Shown in pieces: positions 19,238 through 30,516 of a DNA stretch of 64,000 nt. The notes under the pieces were generated by a model that was not told the DNA's origin, did no database searches, and saw only the letters and a program-made list of their open reading frames with translations. The translations under genes were made by a program, and so were the position numbers. How positions within the stretch are numbered: the stretch's first letter is position 1; each line of letters begins with the position of its first letter. The DNA is from Candidatus Ozemobacteraceae bacterium (GTDB taxonomy: Bacteria > Muiribacteriota > Ozemobacteria > Ozemobacterales > Ozemobacteraceae). The DNA lies in assembly GCA_965140445.1 (NCBI GenBank), contig OZ223236.1, forward strand, positions 64,001 to 128,000, in the 5' to 3' direction.

Positions 19238-19699
19238 ATGATGAAAATCGTTGAACCAGAATTAAATCTTGGAAAAGAATGTGAAAAAATATTAAGACAG
19301 CTTCCAGACTGGTTTGGCATTGAAAAAGCAATCCAAAACTATGCTAAAGAGATTGATACATTGCCAACTTTTCTTGTAAAAAAAGAGGAAGAAATTATTG
19401 GATTTTTATCCATAAAAATTCACTTTTCAACCTCTGCAGAAATTTATGTAATGGGGCTTAAATCTGATTATCATCGCAAAGGAATTGGAGAAAAGCTTGT
19501 CAGATCCACCTTTAGATATTTAAAACAAAACGGTGTGGACTTTATACAAGTAAAAACATTGAGCCCATCAAGAGAATGCAAAGAGTATGAAAAAACAAGA
19601 AAGTTTTATCTAAAACTTGGCTTTTCTCCGTTAGAAGAGTTCAAAGAGCTATGGGGAATAGAAAATCCATGCCTAATGCTTGTAAAAAGTTTGCAGTAA
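19238..19699 (+). CDS. GNAT N-acetyltransferase
   Basis: LPDWFG, YHRKGIG, TRKFYLKLGF. Confidence 0.88.
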   Translation: MMKIVEPELNLGKECEKILRQLPDWFGIEKAIQNYAKEIDTLPTFLVKKEEEIIGFLSIKIHFSTSAEIYVMGLKSDYHRKGIGEKLVRSTFRYLKQNGVDFIQVKTLSPSRECKEYEKTRKFYLKLGFSPLEEFKELWGIENPCLMLVKSLQ

Positions 19700-19759
19700 A
19701 ACTTGTAAGTTAAAAAAAACAGTTCTATGCTAGAAAAAACTAAACTTCGGAGAAAGTTA

Positions 19760-20200
19760 ATGACATCAATCAGAGGACAGATCCAAAAAGGCATGGGAGA
19801 GTCACAAAACACCGTACATGAGCAAATGCCGTATTTTAAAAAATGTTTCCCTGAAGTAGCTTGCTGCAAAGAAGGAACCATTAATATTCTCCTTGAAAAA
19901 CCTCTGGTAATAATCAGCCCGGACTTCACGACAGAACCACTACCATGGCACCCTGCGTTCAGAATCGTAAAAGGCGGAGAAGTTTTTAAATTCCTTAGAA
20001 TCAAACTGACCGTTGACAACTGCGAACCGGTAGAAGCCTGGATATATAAAGCGCAGTTCTCTCCATACCACGACAACCCATTCTACGTTGAAGTTCTCGC
20101 CCCACCAATTGGCTTTAAAGGAACTCCAGGATGTAATGTGGAAGTTGTAAGCGAATGTTATGAAGGCTTAGTCGTAGTGGGCGATTCTGAAAGATCTTAA
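19760..20200 (+). CDS. Distant homolog of CTP-dependent (archaeal-type) riboflavin kinase
   Basis: IRGQIQKGMGE, EGTINI, VEVLAP resemble the G.V..G.GE / PGTLN / EIIAP motifs; ATG 19760 follows GGAG. Confidence 0.5.
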   Translation: MTSIRGQIQKGMGESQNTVHEQMPYFKKCFPEVACCKEGTINILLEKPLVIISPDFTTEPLPWHPAFRIVKGGEVFKFLRIKLTVDNCEPVEAWIYKAQFSPYHDNPFYVEVLAPPIGFKGTPGCNVEVVSECYEGLVVVGDSERS

Positions 20201-20294
20201 AAAAGACTTGCTCCAAAATGAAAATTTAACTCCTAAGTAAATCTTTGGAAACAATAATAAATAAAAAAATTTGAGAGAAATTTAGAGGAAAAAA

Positions 20295-21179
20295 ATGGAG
20301 TTACGAAAAATAGGAAATGGGGTTTTCTATTTTCCAGGTCCGGTAAATGTTGGCATGGTCAGCTTTGGGAACAGCCAGGTCATATTAATTGACTCAGGAA
20401 TTGATGCAAGACAAGCCAAAATCATTTACGAAATCATCAAAGATAATAAATATGAATTAACCCACATACTGAACACCCACTCGCATGCAGACCACATTGG
20501 CGGAAACCATTACCTGCAAAAAAAAACAGGCTGTAAAATTCTTGCTTCGCCGTTAGAAACTCCCTCAATTAGGCAACCGCTAATACAATCAGCTGTCTTA
20601 TTTGGTGGAGCACCAATACCAGACCTTTTAAACAGGTTCATTAACGCCAATCCTTCCGTAGTGGAACCATTTAATGATGAAATTTTAGAAATTAACGGAG
20701 GAGCCATTGAAGTCCTGGATCTTCCCGGGCACTCAATAAACCAAAAAGGTTTTAAAATCGGCGATGTTGCCTTTATCTCCGACACCCTTTTTCAGGAAGC
20801 CTTTTTTGCAAAACAACAAGTACCCTTTAATTATGATCCAATAATGCACCTGCAAACTATCGAAAATCTAAAAAAAATAGAAGCAAAAACATATATTGGC
20901 GGTCACTTCCAACCAATTGAAGATATTGGGAAAATGATTGAAGTAAACAAAAGACAGATAAATAAAGCTCTGGATTTTCTGGTTGAGCTATTAAAAATCC
21001 CCCATCCACAAGACAGAGTAACCAAAGCTTTCATGCAAAAATTCAATATTCAGGCAAAAAAGCCATGGCAATATTTTTTATTCAGAGCAACCGTAAACGG
21101 ATATTTATCTTCTCTTTTCAAACACGGAAAGATAAAATATAAAATCATAGATTATTTATTAATGTGGTATAGCCTTTGA
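20295..21179 (+). CDS. MBL-fold metallo-hydrolase
   Basis: LIDSG, THSHADHIGG, LPGHS, ISD, GGH. Confidence 0.9.
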   Translation: MELRKIGNGVFYFPGPVNVGMVSFGNSQVILIDSGIDARQAKIIYEIIKDNKYELTHILNTHSHADHIGGNHYLQKKTGCKILASPLETPSIRQPLIQSAVLFGGAPIPDLLNRFINANPSVVEPFNDEILEINGGAIEVLDLPGHSINQKGFKIGDVAFISDTLFQEAFFAKQQVPFNYDPIMHLQTIENLKKIEAKTYIGGHFQPIEDIGKMIEVNKRQINKALDFLVELLKIPHPQDRVTKAFMQKFNIQAKKPWQYFLFRATVNGYLSSLFKHGKIKYKIIDYLLMWYSL

Positions 21180-21571
21180 AATCACCTGTAAAATTCCTTG
21201 TTACAAGCCTGTTTTGCGCATTAACGATTAGCCTCGCAAGTCAAACAATGTCGAGGTGGATGTCCATCCCAAAAACATCATCCGGTTCAATAAAAAGCAA
21301 CCCTCTTGCAGGAAAGCAAATAGATGATTTGCGATTTAAGTTTGACTATCAACCCATCCCTACCAGGAGCATTTCAAGAATCATTAAAAGAAAATTCAAG
21401 GAAACCTATCAAAAGCCACCAGTTGCAACCCAGACTGAAGACAAAATAGACATTAGCAAAGCCACTATTTTGCTCGAAAAACTTCAATTGGAAGCCGAGG
21501 CGGGAATTACGGAAATTGCTTCAAAATCCAACAAAATAGGAATTGGAACTGCACCACAATCACTTTTTTAG
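21176..21571 (+). CDS. Hypothetical exported protein
   Basis: TTGA overlap with upstream gene; signal-like N-terminus. Confidence 0.55.
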   Translation: MKSPVKFLVTSLFCALTISLASQTMSRWMSIPKTSSGSIKSNPLAGKQIDDLRFKFDYQPIPTRSISRIIKRKFKETYQKPPVATQTEDKIDISKATILLEKLQLEAEAGITEIASKSNKIGIGTAPQSLF

Positions 21572-21849
21572 CAATCCTCAGAATCATCAGACTTTTCGCT
21601 AAAACATCTTTTACATAAAAGCGAGCTGCTCTCAACAACCTTAAAGTAAGTTATAAATTTCTTCCCACACCCATCACAAATCGCCGATTTATCTTTTGTA
21701 GGAAAATTCCTCAACTCTCCAATAAATAACTTCCAGCATTCGGTGCATCGTTTTTTTTCAGGAAAAAAATTCAATCCGGAAAAAACGGACAAAAGCCCTT
21801 CAGAGAAGACAAACCCACACCCGCAATCACAGCATTTTACTTTATCCAT
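21568..21849 (-). CDS. Double zinc-ribbon protein (zf-trcl-like plus CxxC-x17-CxxC)
   Basis: CCDCG..FVF...KRCTEC; AICDGCGK....F........LCKRCF. Confidence 0.7.
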   Translation of the reverse strand: MDKVKCCDCGCGFVFSEGLLSVFSGLNFFPEKKRCTECWKLFIGELRNFPTKDKSAICDGCGKKFITYFKVVESSSLLCKRCFSEKSDDSEDC

Positions 21850-21952
21850 AACAATTAAAGAGAGTTCCTTTAAGATTAAAACAACCTTGAGTCATAAAAA
21901 TTTATCTGCTAGAATAATTTTAACATCAAAATCCTTAGCAAACTGGCGAAAA

Positions 21953-23092
21953 ATGAAAACTTATAAGGTAATAATTCCATATAGCGAGTCTGCATCACCC
22001 AAAAAAAGATTTAAAATTGAGTATACAGTTGAAGCTACAAATAGAGCAACCGCACTTGAAAAAGCTGAAAAAGAGTTTAACGCTTATACAAACTACAACA
22101 GTGCATCGTGGACCCGCAACATCGAGCGAGATAACATAAGAATCTGGAAAATCATCCCCGATCTTCCGCAAACCCCTATGTCAATCGACGAATTGGCTGA
22201 CAATCTTCAGTCAGACGATGAAGACATTGTATACAATAATCTTAAGGCGCTTGGAGAAATAGAAGATTCTTCCGCAAGCTCTCAAATTTTAAGACTTTTT
22301 TCACACAAAAATCCAGAACTAGTAGCCCTGGCGATTGAAACACTAGGATTAATCGGAGACCCTACCAACCTCCACGCAATCATGGGAAAATTTTCCAAAA
22401 GCAGCCACGCAAGAGTAAAGGCCTGCATACTGACTGCGGTTGGCAAATTGGCCACCACAGAAGATTCCGTTATTAAATTCCTGGCAGACGCACTTAACGA
22501 CGAAGATTCCAGAGTTAGAGCAAATGCTGTTGAAGCAATAGAAAAGCTTCAAACCAATAAACTAACAGAAATTCTTTTACCAAAACTAAAAGACGAAGAC
22601 AACAGAGTAAAAGCCAATGTAATAAAAGCACTCTGGAATAAACACGAAAACACGGATTTACTGGAAGCATTGCAACAAATGGCTTGCGACGAGAACCCGT
22701 GGATGAGAACCTCCGCAGCCTTTGTTCTGAGTAAAGTTGAAATACCCGGCAGAGTAGAGCTTCTTTTCACTCTAGCCTCTGACAACCATCCAAAGGTTAA
22801 AGAAAATTCAAAAAAAGCAATAATGGAAATGGAAGAAATTGCCTGCATTCCATACTGGCTAGAAATAATTGAATCCCCGGAAGACATGACACTGATATCA
22901 GAAAAAATATCAAAACTTGGTCAGGCTGCTATCGGCCCACTTTTGTCCTATTCGGCAACAAACAAAGATACTGCCAGCAGAGCAAACAAGCTACTAGACA
23001 TGCTGGAACAACAGGTGTTAAGCAGCAAAGGTTGGATAAGCTGGTTAAAAACCAAACAAAAACGCCTTTTCAAAAACAAAGATCCGGAATAA
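21953..23092 (+). CDS. HEAT-repeat protein
   Basis: LNDEDSRVRANAVEAI, LKDEDNRVKANVIKAL repeats; probable start MKTYKV. Confidence 0.82.
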   Translation: MKTYKVIIPYSESASPKKRFKIEYTVEATNRATALEKAEKEFNAYTNYNSASWTRNIERDNIRIWKIIPDLPQTPMSIDELADNLQSDDEDIVYNNLKALGEIEDSSASSQILRLFSHKNPELVALAIETLGLIGDPTNLHAIMGKFSKSSHARVKACILTAVGKLATTEDSVIKFLADALNDEDSRVRANAVEAIEKLQTNKLTEILLPKLKDEDNRVKANVIKALWNKHENTDLLEALQQMACDENPWMRTSAAFVLSKVEIPGRVELLFTLASDNHPKVKENSKKAIMEMEEIACIPYWLEIIESPEDMTLISEKISKLGQAAIGPLLSYSATNKDTASRANKLLDMLEQQVLSSKGWISWLKTKQKRLFKNKDPE

Positions 23093-23231
23093 TCATAGAA
23101 TAAAAATGCCCACAGAAACACAGATGTACACAAACTCTAAGAGTTAATTGATTAAGGGAACATGTTGTGGTAGCATGGCAGTCGGAAAATAATATTACAC
23201 TATCATTTAAGCAATAAAATAGGTCGGGAAT

Positions 23232-25199
23232 ATGAAAGAACAACCTCCAAAGGGAAAAACTCTAGCACTTTACGCAATATTATTAATAATAATGTTGATC
23301 ACGTTTACCAACATCGCCAACACGAAAAAAATTGCGAAACTAACTTATTCTGATTTTTTGAAAATAGTTCAAGGCGAAGATAAAAGTAAAATTATCCTCC
23401 GTTTAAAAATAGACGGAAGAGAAATTACCGGTAGATACCAGAAACAAGTAACTATTGGCACAGACGAAGAAGCTACTGCAACAGATTTCATGACCGTAAC
23501 CCCTGAAGATCCAGGGCTAATGAAAATTATCCGCGACAGCAAAATTCCAGTTGAAGCAGAACCGCCAGAACAAATGTCTTGGTGGCTCAGCCTGCTTATC
23601 AACTGGTTCCCTTTCATATTACTCATTGGAGCATGGCTATACATCCTGCAGAAAATGCAGGGTGGCGGCGCAAAAGCATTAAGCTTTGGAAAAAGCAGAG
23701 CAAGAATTGTTGATCCAACAGAAAAAAGAGTTCTTTTTAAGGATGTTGCAGGTGTTAATGAAGCAAAAGAGGACCTCCTTGAGGTTGTCGAATTCCTTAA
23801 AGAGCACACCAAATTCACAGAGCTAGGCGCAAAAATCCCTAGAGGCGTCCTCCTATTTGGCCCTCCAGGCACAGGAAAAACACTCCTGGCAAAAGCCGTA
23901 GCCGGAGAAGCAAACGTCCCGTTCTTCAACATTTCCGGATCAGAATTCGTGGAAATGTTCGTTGGAGTTGGTGCGTCCAGAGTTAGAGATCTATTTGAAC
24001 AGGCCAGAAAAAACGCCCCATGTATCATCTTCATGGACGAAATTGATGCCGTAGGTAGACAACGTGGCGCAGGCCTTGGCGGCGGTCACGATGAAAGAGA
24101 ACAAACATTAAATCAGCTTCTCGTTGAAATGGACGGCTTCGACAATACAAAAGGAATAATCCTGGTTGCAGCAACGAACAGACCAGACGTTCTGGACCCA
24201 GCGCTTCTTAGACCGGGAAGATTCGACAGAAGAATCGTCGTGGATCAGCCAGACATACAGGGCAGAGAAGAAATTTTGAAGATTCACGTAAGAGATAAAC
24301 CCATTGCAGATGACGTTGATCTTTCAATCCTGGCACGTAGAACCCCTGGATTTGTGGGAGCAGACTTAGCAAACCTCACAAACGAGGCCGCAATTCTTGC
24401 CGCTAGACACGACAGAAAAATAGTTATAATGGAAGACTTTGAAGCCTCTATTGACAAGGTTATAGCTGGCTCAGAACGAAAAAGCAGAATTATTTCAGAA
24501 AAAGAAAAAACCAATACTGCTTACCATGAAATGGGACATGCACTTGTAGCAGCACACATCCCTGGCACCGATCCGGTTCATAAAATAACCATCATCCCAA
24601 GAGGAATGGCTCTAGGGCTAACAATGCAACTGCCTGTTGAAGACAGATTAACCGTTTCAAAAACTCAACTATTTCATCAAATTTGCATATTGCTAGGTGG
24701 ACGAGTTGCGGAAGAAATCATATTTGAAGAGCTCACTTCCGGAGCAAGCAATGACATTATGCGGGCAACAAAAATTGCACGTAAAATGGTCTGCGAACTA
24801 GGCATGAGCACTGAAATTGGCCCCCTTCATCTAAGCGACGACAATCAAACGGTTTTCTTAGGCAGAGATTTCAACACAAGAAAAGATATTTCTGAGGAAA
24901 CTGCTCAAAAAATTGATAGTGAAGTTAGACTTCTTATCGATAATGCCTATAAAAAAGCTATGCAAATCTTGACCGACAACAAAGATCAGCTAATAAAAAT
25001 CTCCAAAATCCTCCTGGAAAGAGAAACCATCAATAGCAACGAATTTAAAGATCTTCTTGAAGGCAAAGAATTAGCTCCACTTCCTCCAAAAGAAATTAAA
25101 ACAGAAGAAACAACAGCTGCAAGCGACGAAGCAACCAAGCAGCCAGAAAAAGATAACGAAGAAACTACTACCAAGGAAGAAAGCTACGACAAGGGATGA
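23232..25199 (+). CDS. ftsH: ATP-dependent zinc metalloprotease FtsH
   Basis: Two TMs, [23 protein letters not shown]. Confidence 0.98.
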   Translation: MKEQPPKGKTLALYAILLIIMLITFTNIANTKKIAKLTYSDFLKIVQGEDKSKIILRLKIDGREITGRYQKQVTIGTDEEATATDFMTVTPEDPGLMKIIRDSKIPVEAEPPEQMSWWLSLLINWFPFILLIGAWLYILQKMQGGGAKALSFGKSRARIVDPTEKRVLFKDVAGVNEAKEDLLEVVEFLKEHTKFTELGAKIPRGVLLFGPPGTGKTLLAKAVAGEANVPFFNISGSEFVEMFVGVGASRVRDLFEQARKNAPCIIFMDEIDAVGRQRGAGLGGGHDEREQTLNQLLVEMDGFDNTKGIILVAATNRPDVLDPALLRPGRFDRRIVVDQPDIQGREEILKIHVRDKPIADDVDLSILARRTPGFVGADLANLTNEAAILAARHDRKIVIMEDFEASIDKVIAGSERKSRIISEKEKTNTAYHEMGHALVAAHIPGTDPVHKITIIPRGMALGLTMQLPVEDRLTVSKTQLFHQICILLGGRVAEEIIFEELTSGASNDIMRATKIARKMVCELGMSTEIGPLHLSDDNQTVFLGRDFNTRKDISEETAQKIDSEVRLLIDNAYKKAMQILTDNKDQLIKISKILLERETINSNEFKDLLEGKELAPLPPKEIKTEETTAASDEATKQPEKDNEETTTKEESYDKG

Positions 25200-26323
25200 G
25201 CAAATCAAGCACCCACCAAAAACGCTTTCTATTCATTTTTGGGACTCGCCCAGAAGTAGTAAAGATGGCTCCAGTCATCCTGGAAGCACAAAAACAGGAA
25301 GATGTTTCCGTAGAAATCCTCCACACCGGCCAACACCAGGAGCTGGCGGAGGAAATGCTTGAGCTGTTTAAAATTACTCCTACTCATCGCTTAAACGTAA
25401 TGCGCGAAAATCAGAGTCTTTTCGGACTCACCTCTCGCATAATGACTGGTCTTTCTGAAATAATCCCTAACGGCAATTTCGACATGATTTTTGTTCAAGG
25501 CGATACCTCCAGCGCTTTTCTAGGGGCACTGGCAGGCTTTTACAGCAAAGTCCCGGTTGCGCACATAGAAGCAGGTCTAAGAACAGACAACAGATACAAC
25601 CCGTTCCCTGAAGAAATAAATCGAAGACTGGTCTCTCCGCTGGCGTCACTAAATTTCACCCCAACCGATGGCTCCAAACAAAATTTGCTCAAAGAAAACA
25701 TCCCTGATAAAAGTATCATTACCACCGGCAACACCGTCATAGATGCGCTCTTACACTGCATAAACATACCACACCAAGCATCAGAAGAACTCACACGGCT
25801 ATTTAATAAAAAGAAATTTGCTCTCGTTACAACCCATAGAAGAGAGAACTTTGGAGCTCCTCACAAAGAAGTATTTGATGCGCTCCTAGAACTTGCAAAC
25901 ACCCACCAGGATTTGCATATATTATTCCCCGTTCATCCAAACCCAAACGTAAGAAAAGAAGTCAGTAAACACCTTAACAACCACCAACGAATACATCTAA
26001 CAGCCCCACTTGGCTACCTGGACTTCATTAATGCCATGAAAAACTGTTTCATGATCCTGTCAGACTCCGGGGGAGTCCAGGAAGAGGCTCCCACCCTAAA
26101 AAAACCTGTGCTAGTGCTACGAGAAACTACAGAGCGTCCAGAGGGTCTCCATACTGGCGCACTAAAACTTGTTGGAACAAATAAAGAGCAGATATTAAAA
26201 TACGCAAACAAGCTCTTAAACGACCCATCCTTCTACGATGAAATGACATCTAACCCTAACCCATACGGAGACGGCAAAGCTGCAGCCAGAATCATCGATT
26301 CCACTCTGAGCTTTTTAAAGTAG
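25196..26323 (+). CDS. wecB: UDP-N-acetylglucosamine 2-epimerase
   Basis: GTRPE, TGQH, QGDT, HIEAGLR, HRREN, DSGGVQEE, ERPEG. Confidence 0.96.
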   Translation: MSKSSTHQKRFLFIFGTRPEVVKMAPVILEAQKQEDVSVEILHTGQHQELAEEMLELFKITPTHRLNVMRENQSLFGLTSRIMTGLSEIIPNGNFDMIFVQGDTSSAFLGALAGFYSKVPVAHIEAGLRTDNRYNPFPEEINRRLVSPLASLNFTPTDGSKQNLLKENIPDKSIITTGNTVIDALLHCINIPHQASEELTRLFNKKKFALVTTHRRENFGAPHKEVFDALLELANTHQDLHILFPVHPNPNVRKEVSKHLNNHQRIHLTAPLGYLDFINAMKNCFMILSDSGGVQEEAPTLKKPVLVLRETTERPEGLHTGALKLVGTNKEQILKYANKLLNDPSFYDEMTSNPNPYGDGKAAARIIDSTLSFLK

Positions 26324-26418
26324 CATCTTCTTCCTTACGCAAAACTGATTTTCCTCCCCTTTTTAAAACAAACAGCCTAAACAAGAGCAATCTCTCCCAC
26401 CAATAAACATACTCACAT

Positions 26419-26459
26419 AAAAGAACACGTCATATTTTTTCATGGCGTGTTCTTTTTTT
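26419..26459 (+). terminator. Terminator of ftsH-wecB
   Basis: aaagaacacgtcat / atggcgtgttcttt followed by T run. Confidence 0.8.
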
Positions 26460-27135
26460 CCCAATTTTTCTCCAATTACTTTGAACTATAACCCCTTCCT
26501 ATTTAACTATTTATTGTTAACATTATCATACAGACTGATTAATTCAAAAACCCCTCTATATTAGAAAACGCACGATTTTTAAACATTTTATTGATATTAA
26601 AAATACAAAACCAGCTCAAAGAGCAATCTTTCACTGTTCTTTAAGGCTTTTCTTTTATCATTTTTCTGATTTAAAGCCGACATTTCTACTATTTTTTTAT
26701 TAATATTATCAACTTTTACTCCAAATAATTGATAATAGCAAGCCCTATAAAAATATAAAAATTGAATAAAACAAAATGACTGAGTTAGAAAATCAGTAGT
26801 CTGGAAATATGAAAAATTAAAATTAAATTGGCAAAATTTCATTCTTTAACCAATTTTTCACAGGTCAAATCACCTGGGACAAGCAAAAAAAACCTCAGGA
26901 AGGGCCTCTTTTCACCAGATCCTTTCTGACAAAGGATTTAAGAAAAAGAAAACGTAAATAAAAAACAAAGCCATAGAAAAAAACGTTCTGTAAACCTAAA
27001 CAAAAATTAAATATTATTTTGTCCTCCTAGAGAAATTTTGATATTTTTTTCACAAGCGATTTTGGGCTATTATTTAGAAATTTTAGACAATCGAACTAAA
27101 AACTTTCAAAATGGTTCACGATTTTAATTTTTAAT

Positions 27136-27172
27136 AAAAAAAATGAGGCGACACTTAACCATGTCGCCTCAT
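27136..27172 (-). terminator. Terminator of the DnaB-like/TPR/HEAT operon
   Basis: atgaggcgaca / tgtcgcctcat with A-run on + strand (U-tract on minus). Confidence 0.85.
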
Positions 27173-27200
27173 CCAACTCAAAATTCTACATTTAGGATAA

Positions 27201-28610
27201 TCAATGAACCTGTAGCTTATCTCCAACCTCTATTAGCAAGCAAATTGCTTTTTTCTCAGCTTCTGGAAGCTTTGAAATAGCCTCTGAAAGCCTGGGTCCT
27301 GCTTTATGCGAAAGAAATCTCTTTAGAAGCCCAAGCAAACGCTCTTTGTGAGACTCTTTAACCATTTTTTGCTGTTTTTCCAGCAACCCAAGCAAATCTT
27401 CAGGCTCAAGAAGCTCCAGCAGATAATGAACCAGCTCACCAGAATTCTCTTCATTAAACGATAGAAAGCACTTATATAAAGAATCCAGTCCTTCTTCTCG
27501 CGGTAGCAGCAGTGCTGACAAACCAATTGCATTTGCTGACACCTGATTATTATCGCTCTTTGTCAGAGATTGCAAAGCAACGAGATTCTTTTGCGAATAA
27601 AGAGCATATAGAGCATTCACCCTTATATCAACAGCTTCATTAGACTTGCTAGCCAACTTTTCAAGAGCTTCGCCCGTTTTATCTTTATCAAATCCTCCGA
27701 GAGAGGTTACAGCCATCAGGCGAACTTCACTAGCAGGATCATTTAACATGCGCGTAATCACTTCAGGATCGGCCGACTTACCGAGATTTTGCATTGAAGC
27801 TGCTGCGGTCTGTCTAACCCACTTATCTGAATGCTCAAGGCCTTCTTTAATCATTACCATAAAAGGAAGGCTAAACTCTGAGATCTCAATCACCTTAAGC
27901 ATTAGCTGAGCAAAACCATCATCTAACTGATTAATCTCAACCAGAGCTGAATTCAGATCTGGAGCGGATTTAGAGCGCCACTCAACTCTCATTTGTTTGA
28001 TAGCTTCGCCTGAAGTTGGATTAATCAATAATCTGAGCAATGAATCTCCGCCAAGCCGCTTCAATGCCAGAAGAGAAACTTCAACAAATTGATAATTTGC
28101 AAATTTATCAATTTCGTTTACCGATTTTTTCATTTCCTGGATAATGCTCGGAATACTCATTCTAAGCCCAGCCTCGGAAAGTATCTCCACAGCCTTTGCT
28201 TTTCTTGGCAAATCAACATCAGATTGGAGAACTTTTGCCGCATATTCCCCAAGTCTACTCATCTGATTTTTTCCATCTTCCAGTCTACTTGCAACATCTA
28301 CTATTGCTGATAAAACGTTGGGCATGCAAGATTTTGCTACTTTATCCAAACTTCTTATGAGCCGTGGTAAAATTTTTCTCCCGTTGTCCGGGTAAAAGAA
28401 CAAAAACTCTTCTATTTTTGCCACAACCCTCTTTTGCCTTTTCGGAGAAAGGTTAACCATCCTATCCAACAAAACTGCGAGTGAATAACCGCCAATATCA
28501 ATGATGTCACAAATTGCATCATTTAATTTTTTATCAGATATTTTTTCTAGTCTTCTAACCCTTTTTCTTAATTCTTTAACATCCCTACTTAAATTCTTTT
28601 CTAATGTCAT
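27201..28610 (-). CDS. HEAT-repeat protein
   Basis: LEHSDKWVRQTAA, LNDPASEVRLMAV, DIRVNALYAL. Confidence 0.78.
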   Translation of the reverse strand: MTLEKNLSRDVKELRKRVRRLEKISDKKLNDAICDIIDIGGYSLAVLLDRMVNLSPKRQKRVVAKIEEFLFFYPDNGRKILPRLIRSLDKVAKSCMPNVLSAIVDVASRLEDGKNQMSRLGEYAAKVLQSDVDLPRKAKAVEILSEAGLRMSIPSIIQEMKKSVNEIDKFANYQFVEVSLLALKRLGGDSLLRLLINPTSGEAIKQMRVEWRSKSAPDLNSALVEINQLDDGFAQLMLKVIEISEFSLPFMVMIKEGLEHSDKWVRQTAAASMQNLGKSADPEVITRMLNDPASEVRLMAVTSLGGFDKDKTGEALEKLASKSNEAVDIRVNALYALYSQKNLVALQSLTKSDNNQVSANAIGLSALLLPREEGLDSLYKCFLSFNEENSGELVHYLLELLEPEDLLGLLEKQQKMVKESHKERLLGLLKRFLSHKAGPRLSEAISKLPEAEKKAICLLIEVGDKLQVH

Positions 28611-28627
28611 TTTTTCCTACCTTAGTC

Positions 28628-30514
28628 TTATAGGGCCTGAAGCAATCTTACCAACCTAGCCCGATCTATTTTGTCCGAGATCGAAAGATCAAGTAACTTT
28701 CTAGTCTCCGCTTTAAGCCTTTCGGTTTGTGCAAAGTTAAAACTTTTCTTTAATATAAAAGCTGGAATAACGGCATAAAGCGAATCACACTTTATCGCCT
28801 GTTGCCAATAATTCCAAAATTTTGAGCTTTTATTTCTTATGAGAGAATTTATAGCAGACATTGCCAGCGCTTCAGCATTCTTTGCCTCCTGGCGCAGGAC
28901 AAGATCAAACTCCCTTTGAGCAGAAGCAAAATCTCCTGCAAAAAAGAACGCTTTTCCAAACAAAAGGTGATCTTCTATAAATCGCGGATGATAATCTCCA
29001 ATGCGCTTCAGATGCTTCATTATTCCTCTGGGGTCTCCGGTGGCCAGAGTCAATTCTGTCTTACAAATAATTTCGACAAGACTTTCAATTCCGTCATCAA
29101 ACCGTTCCCAAACCTTCAAAGCCTTTTCAGGTTCAGATTTTAATATTGCCAATCTTGAATACCATAAAGCAATTTCTTCATCAGAAGGAGCTTTTTCCAT
29201 GAGATCAACAAAAGTTTTTTCTGCAGTTTCTAATTCATCCAGTCGCATTGCAGTATACCCATACAAAAATAAAGCATGAGTCTCATCCGGATATTCTTTT
29301 AAAATAATTTCCAGTCTTGCCGCAGCTTTTTCAAAATCCTTATCAAAAAGATCAAGCTCGGTCAAAGCCAAAGTTAGTTCTGGAAGGGGTGACAACTCTC
29401 TCACCGCATCAGTTAATACAGAACGGGCCGCCTGCGAATCGCCTTTCATTGCGAGCGACTTTGCCAAATCGATTCTATGTCGCGGTTCTTTTGGTGAACT
29501 AACATGAATTTCTGAATATAGTTCTGCTGCCAGATCAAAATTTCTCGCTTGAAAATGCAAGTTAGCCAATTCATCAGCGATAAACAAATCACGAGGATCT
29601 TTTTTTCTTAGCAGCTCAAGTTCCCTGATAGCAATGTTAAAGCTTAATCTTCCATCATAAAGGCCATCAAGAATATCATAAACTTCGCATTCATAAGGAC
29701 TTTGCTTAATTTCAAGATTTGCCGCTTCCGCCCTTTTTTTCAAAACCGGAAGTCTTCTCGCAAGTTCATCAAATTTATCCTGAAGAAGAGTTGGGTCAGG
29801 AATTGTAGCTAAACCATTTTTCAAAAGATCAATTCCTTCTTGAATCTTTCCTTCTTCAATTAGCATATCTATTAGCTTAATTTGAAGTTCCTGATGGTTT
29901 GGCTCCATCATTATCGCACGTTTTAGAGTGGTAACTGCTTTTTCACGCATGTCCAATGCTAAATGAGCATTAAAAATTCCCATTAGCGGAGCCGTTGAAT
30001 CACAAGCCGCACTAGAGGCTTTTCGAAAAACATCCAATGCTTCACGATATTTTTCCATCTCAAGTAAAGCATTTCCCATGTTCATCAGCGAAGTGGAATC
30101 TGAAGAAATTTCTTCCAAAATTGAAAAGAAAATTTCAGATGCTTTTTCAAGGTTTCCCAATTGGCGATAGCATTCCGCTATTGATTTTTTTATGTCTATA
30201 TCTTCTGGCAAAATTTCAAGGGCCCTTGAGAATGCGGTTAACGCGGTATCATAATCTTCACGATACAAATAAGCTTTCCCAATATTAAAAAGTGCCAGAC
30301 TATTTGAAGAATCCTTTTCGATAGCCTTAGCCAATAGTTTTATAGCCCTGTCAGAAAGACCTTTTTGAAGATATGCCGCACCAAGATTAACTAAAATATC
30401 TACATTTTCCGGTTCAAGGTTTAGCGCTTTTTCATATTCCTCGATTGCGTGATCAAATAGGCCTCTCGCCTGAAGGTCAACACCGTTTTGAAATTTATCA
30501 TTAGCAGACTGCAT
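28628..30514 (-). CDS. Tetratricopeptide-repeat protein
   Basis: Multiple TPRs, e.g. AIEEYEKALNLEPENVDILVNLGAAY. Confidence 0.88.
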   Translation of the reverse strand: MQSANDKFQNGVDLQARGLFDHAIEEYEKALNLEPENVDILVNLGAAYLQKGLSDRAIKLLAKAIEKDSSNSLALFNIGKAYLYREDYDTALTAFSRALEILPEDIDIKKSIAECYRQLGNLEKASEIFFSILEEISSDSTSLMNMGNALLEMEKYREALDVFRKASSAACDSTAPLMGIFNAHLALDMREKAVTTLKRAIMMEPNHQELQIKLIDMLIEEGKIQEGIDLLKNGLATIPDPTLLQDKFDELARRLPVLKKRAEAANLEIKQSPYECEVYDILDGLYDGRLSFNIAIRELELLRKKDPRDLFIADELANLHFQARNFDLAAELYSEIHVSSPKEPRHRIDLAKSLAMKGDSQAARSVLTDAVRELSPLPELTLALTELDLFDKDFEKAAARLEIILKEYPDETHALFLYGYTAMRLDELETAEKTFVDLMEKAPSDEEIALWYSRLAILKSEPEKALKVWERFDDGIESLVEIICKTELTLATGDPRGIMKHLKRIGDYHPRFIEDHLLFGKAFFFAGDFASAQREFDLVLRQEAKNAEALAMSAINSLIRNKSSKFWNYWQQAIKCDSLYAVIPAFILKKSFNFAQTERLKAETRKLLDLSISDKIDRARLVRLLQAL

Positions 30515-30516
30515 TT

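Noticed and set aside
21743..21952. N-terminal extension of the HEAT ORF
   Set aside because: Overlaps the divergent zinc-ribbon gene; ATG 21953 is more plausible.
26597..26842. 81-aa minus-strand ORF
   Set aside because: AT-rich low-complexity composition, no RBS, no motif.
26460..27135. oriC
   Set aside because: No TTATCCACA boxes, no dnaA/dnaN nearby, no evident skew inversion; kept only as an unexplained gap.
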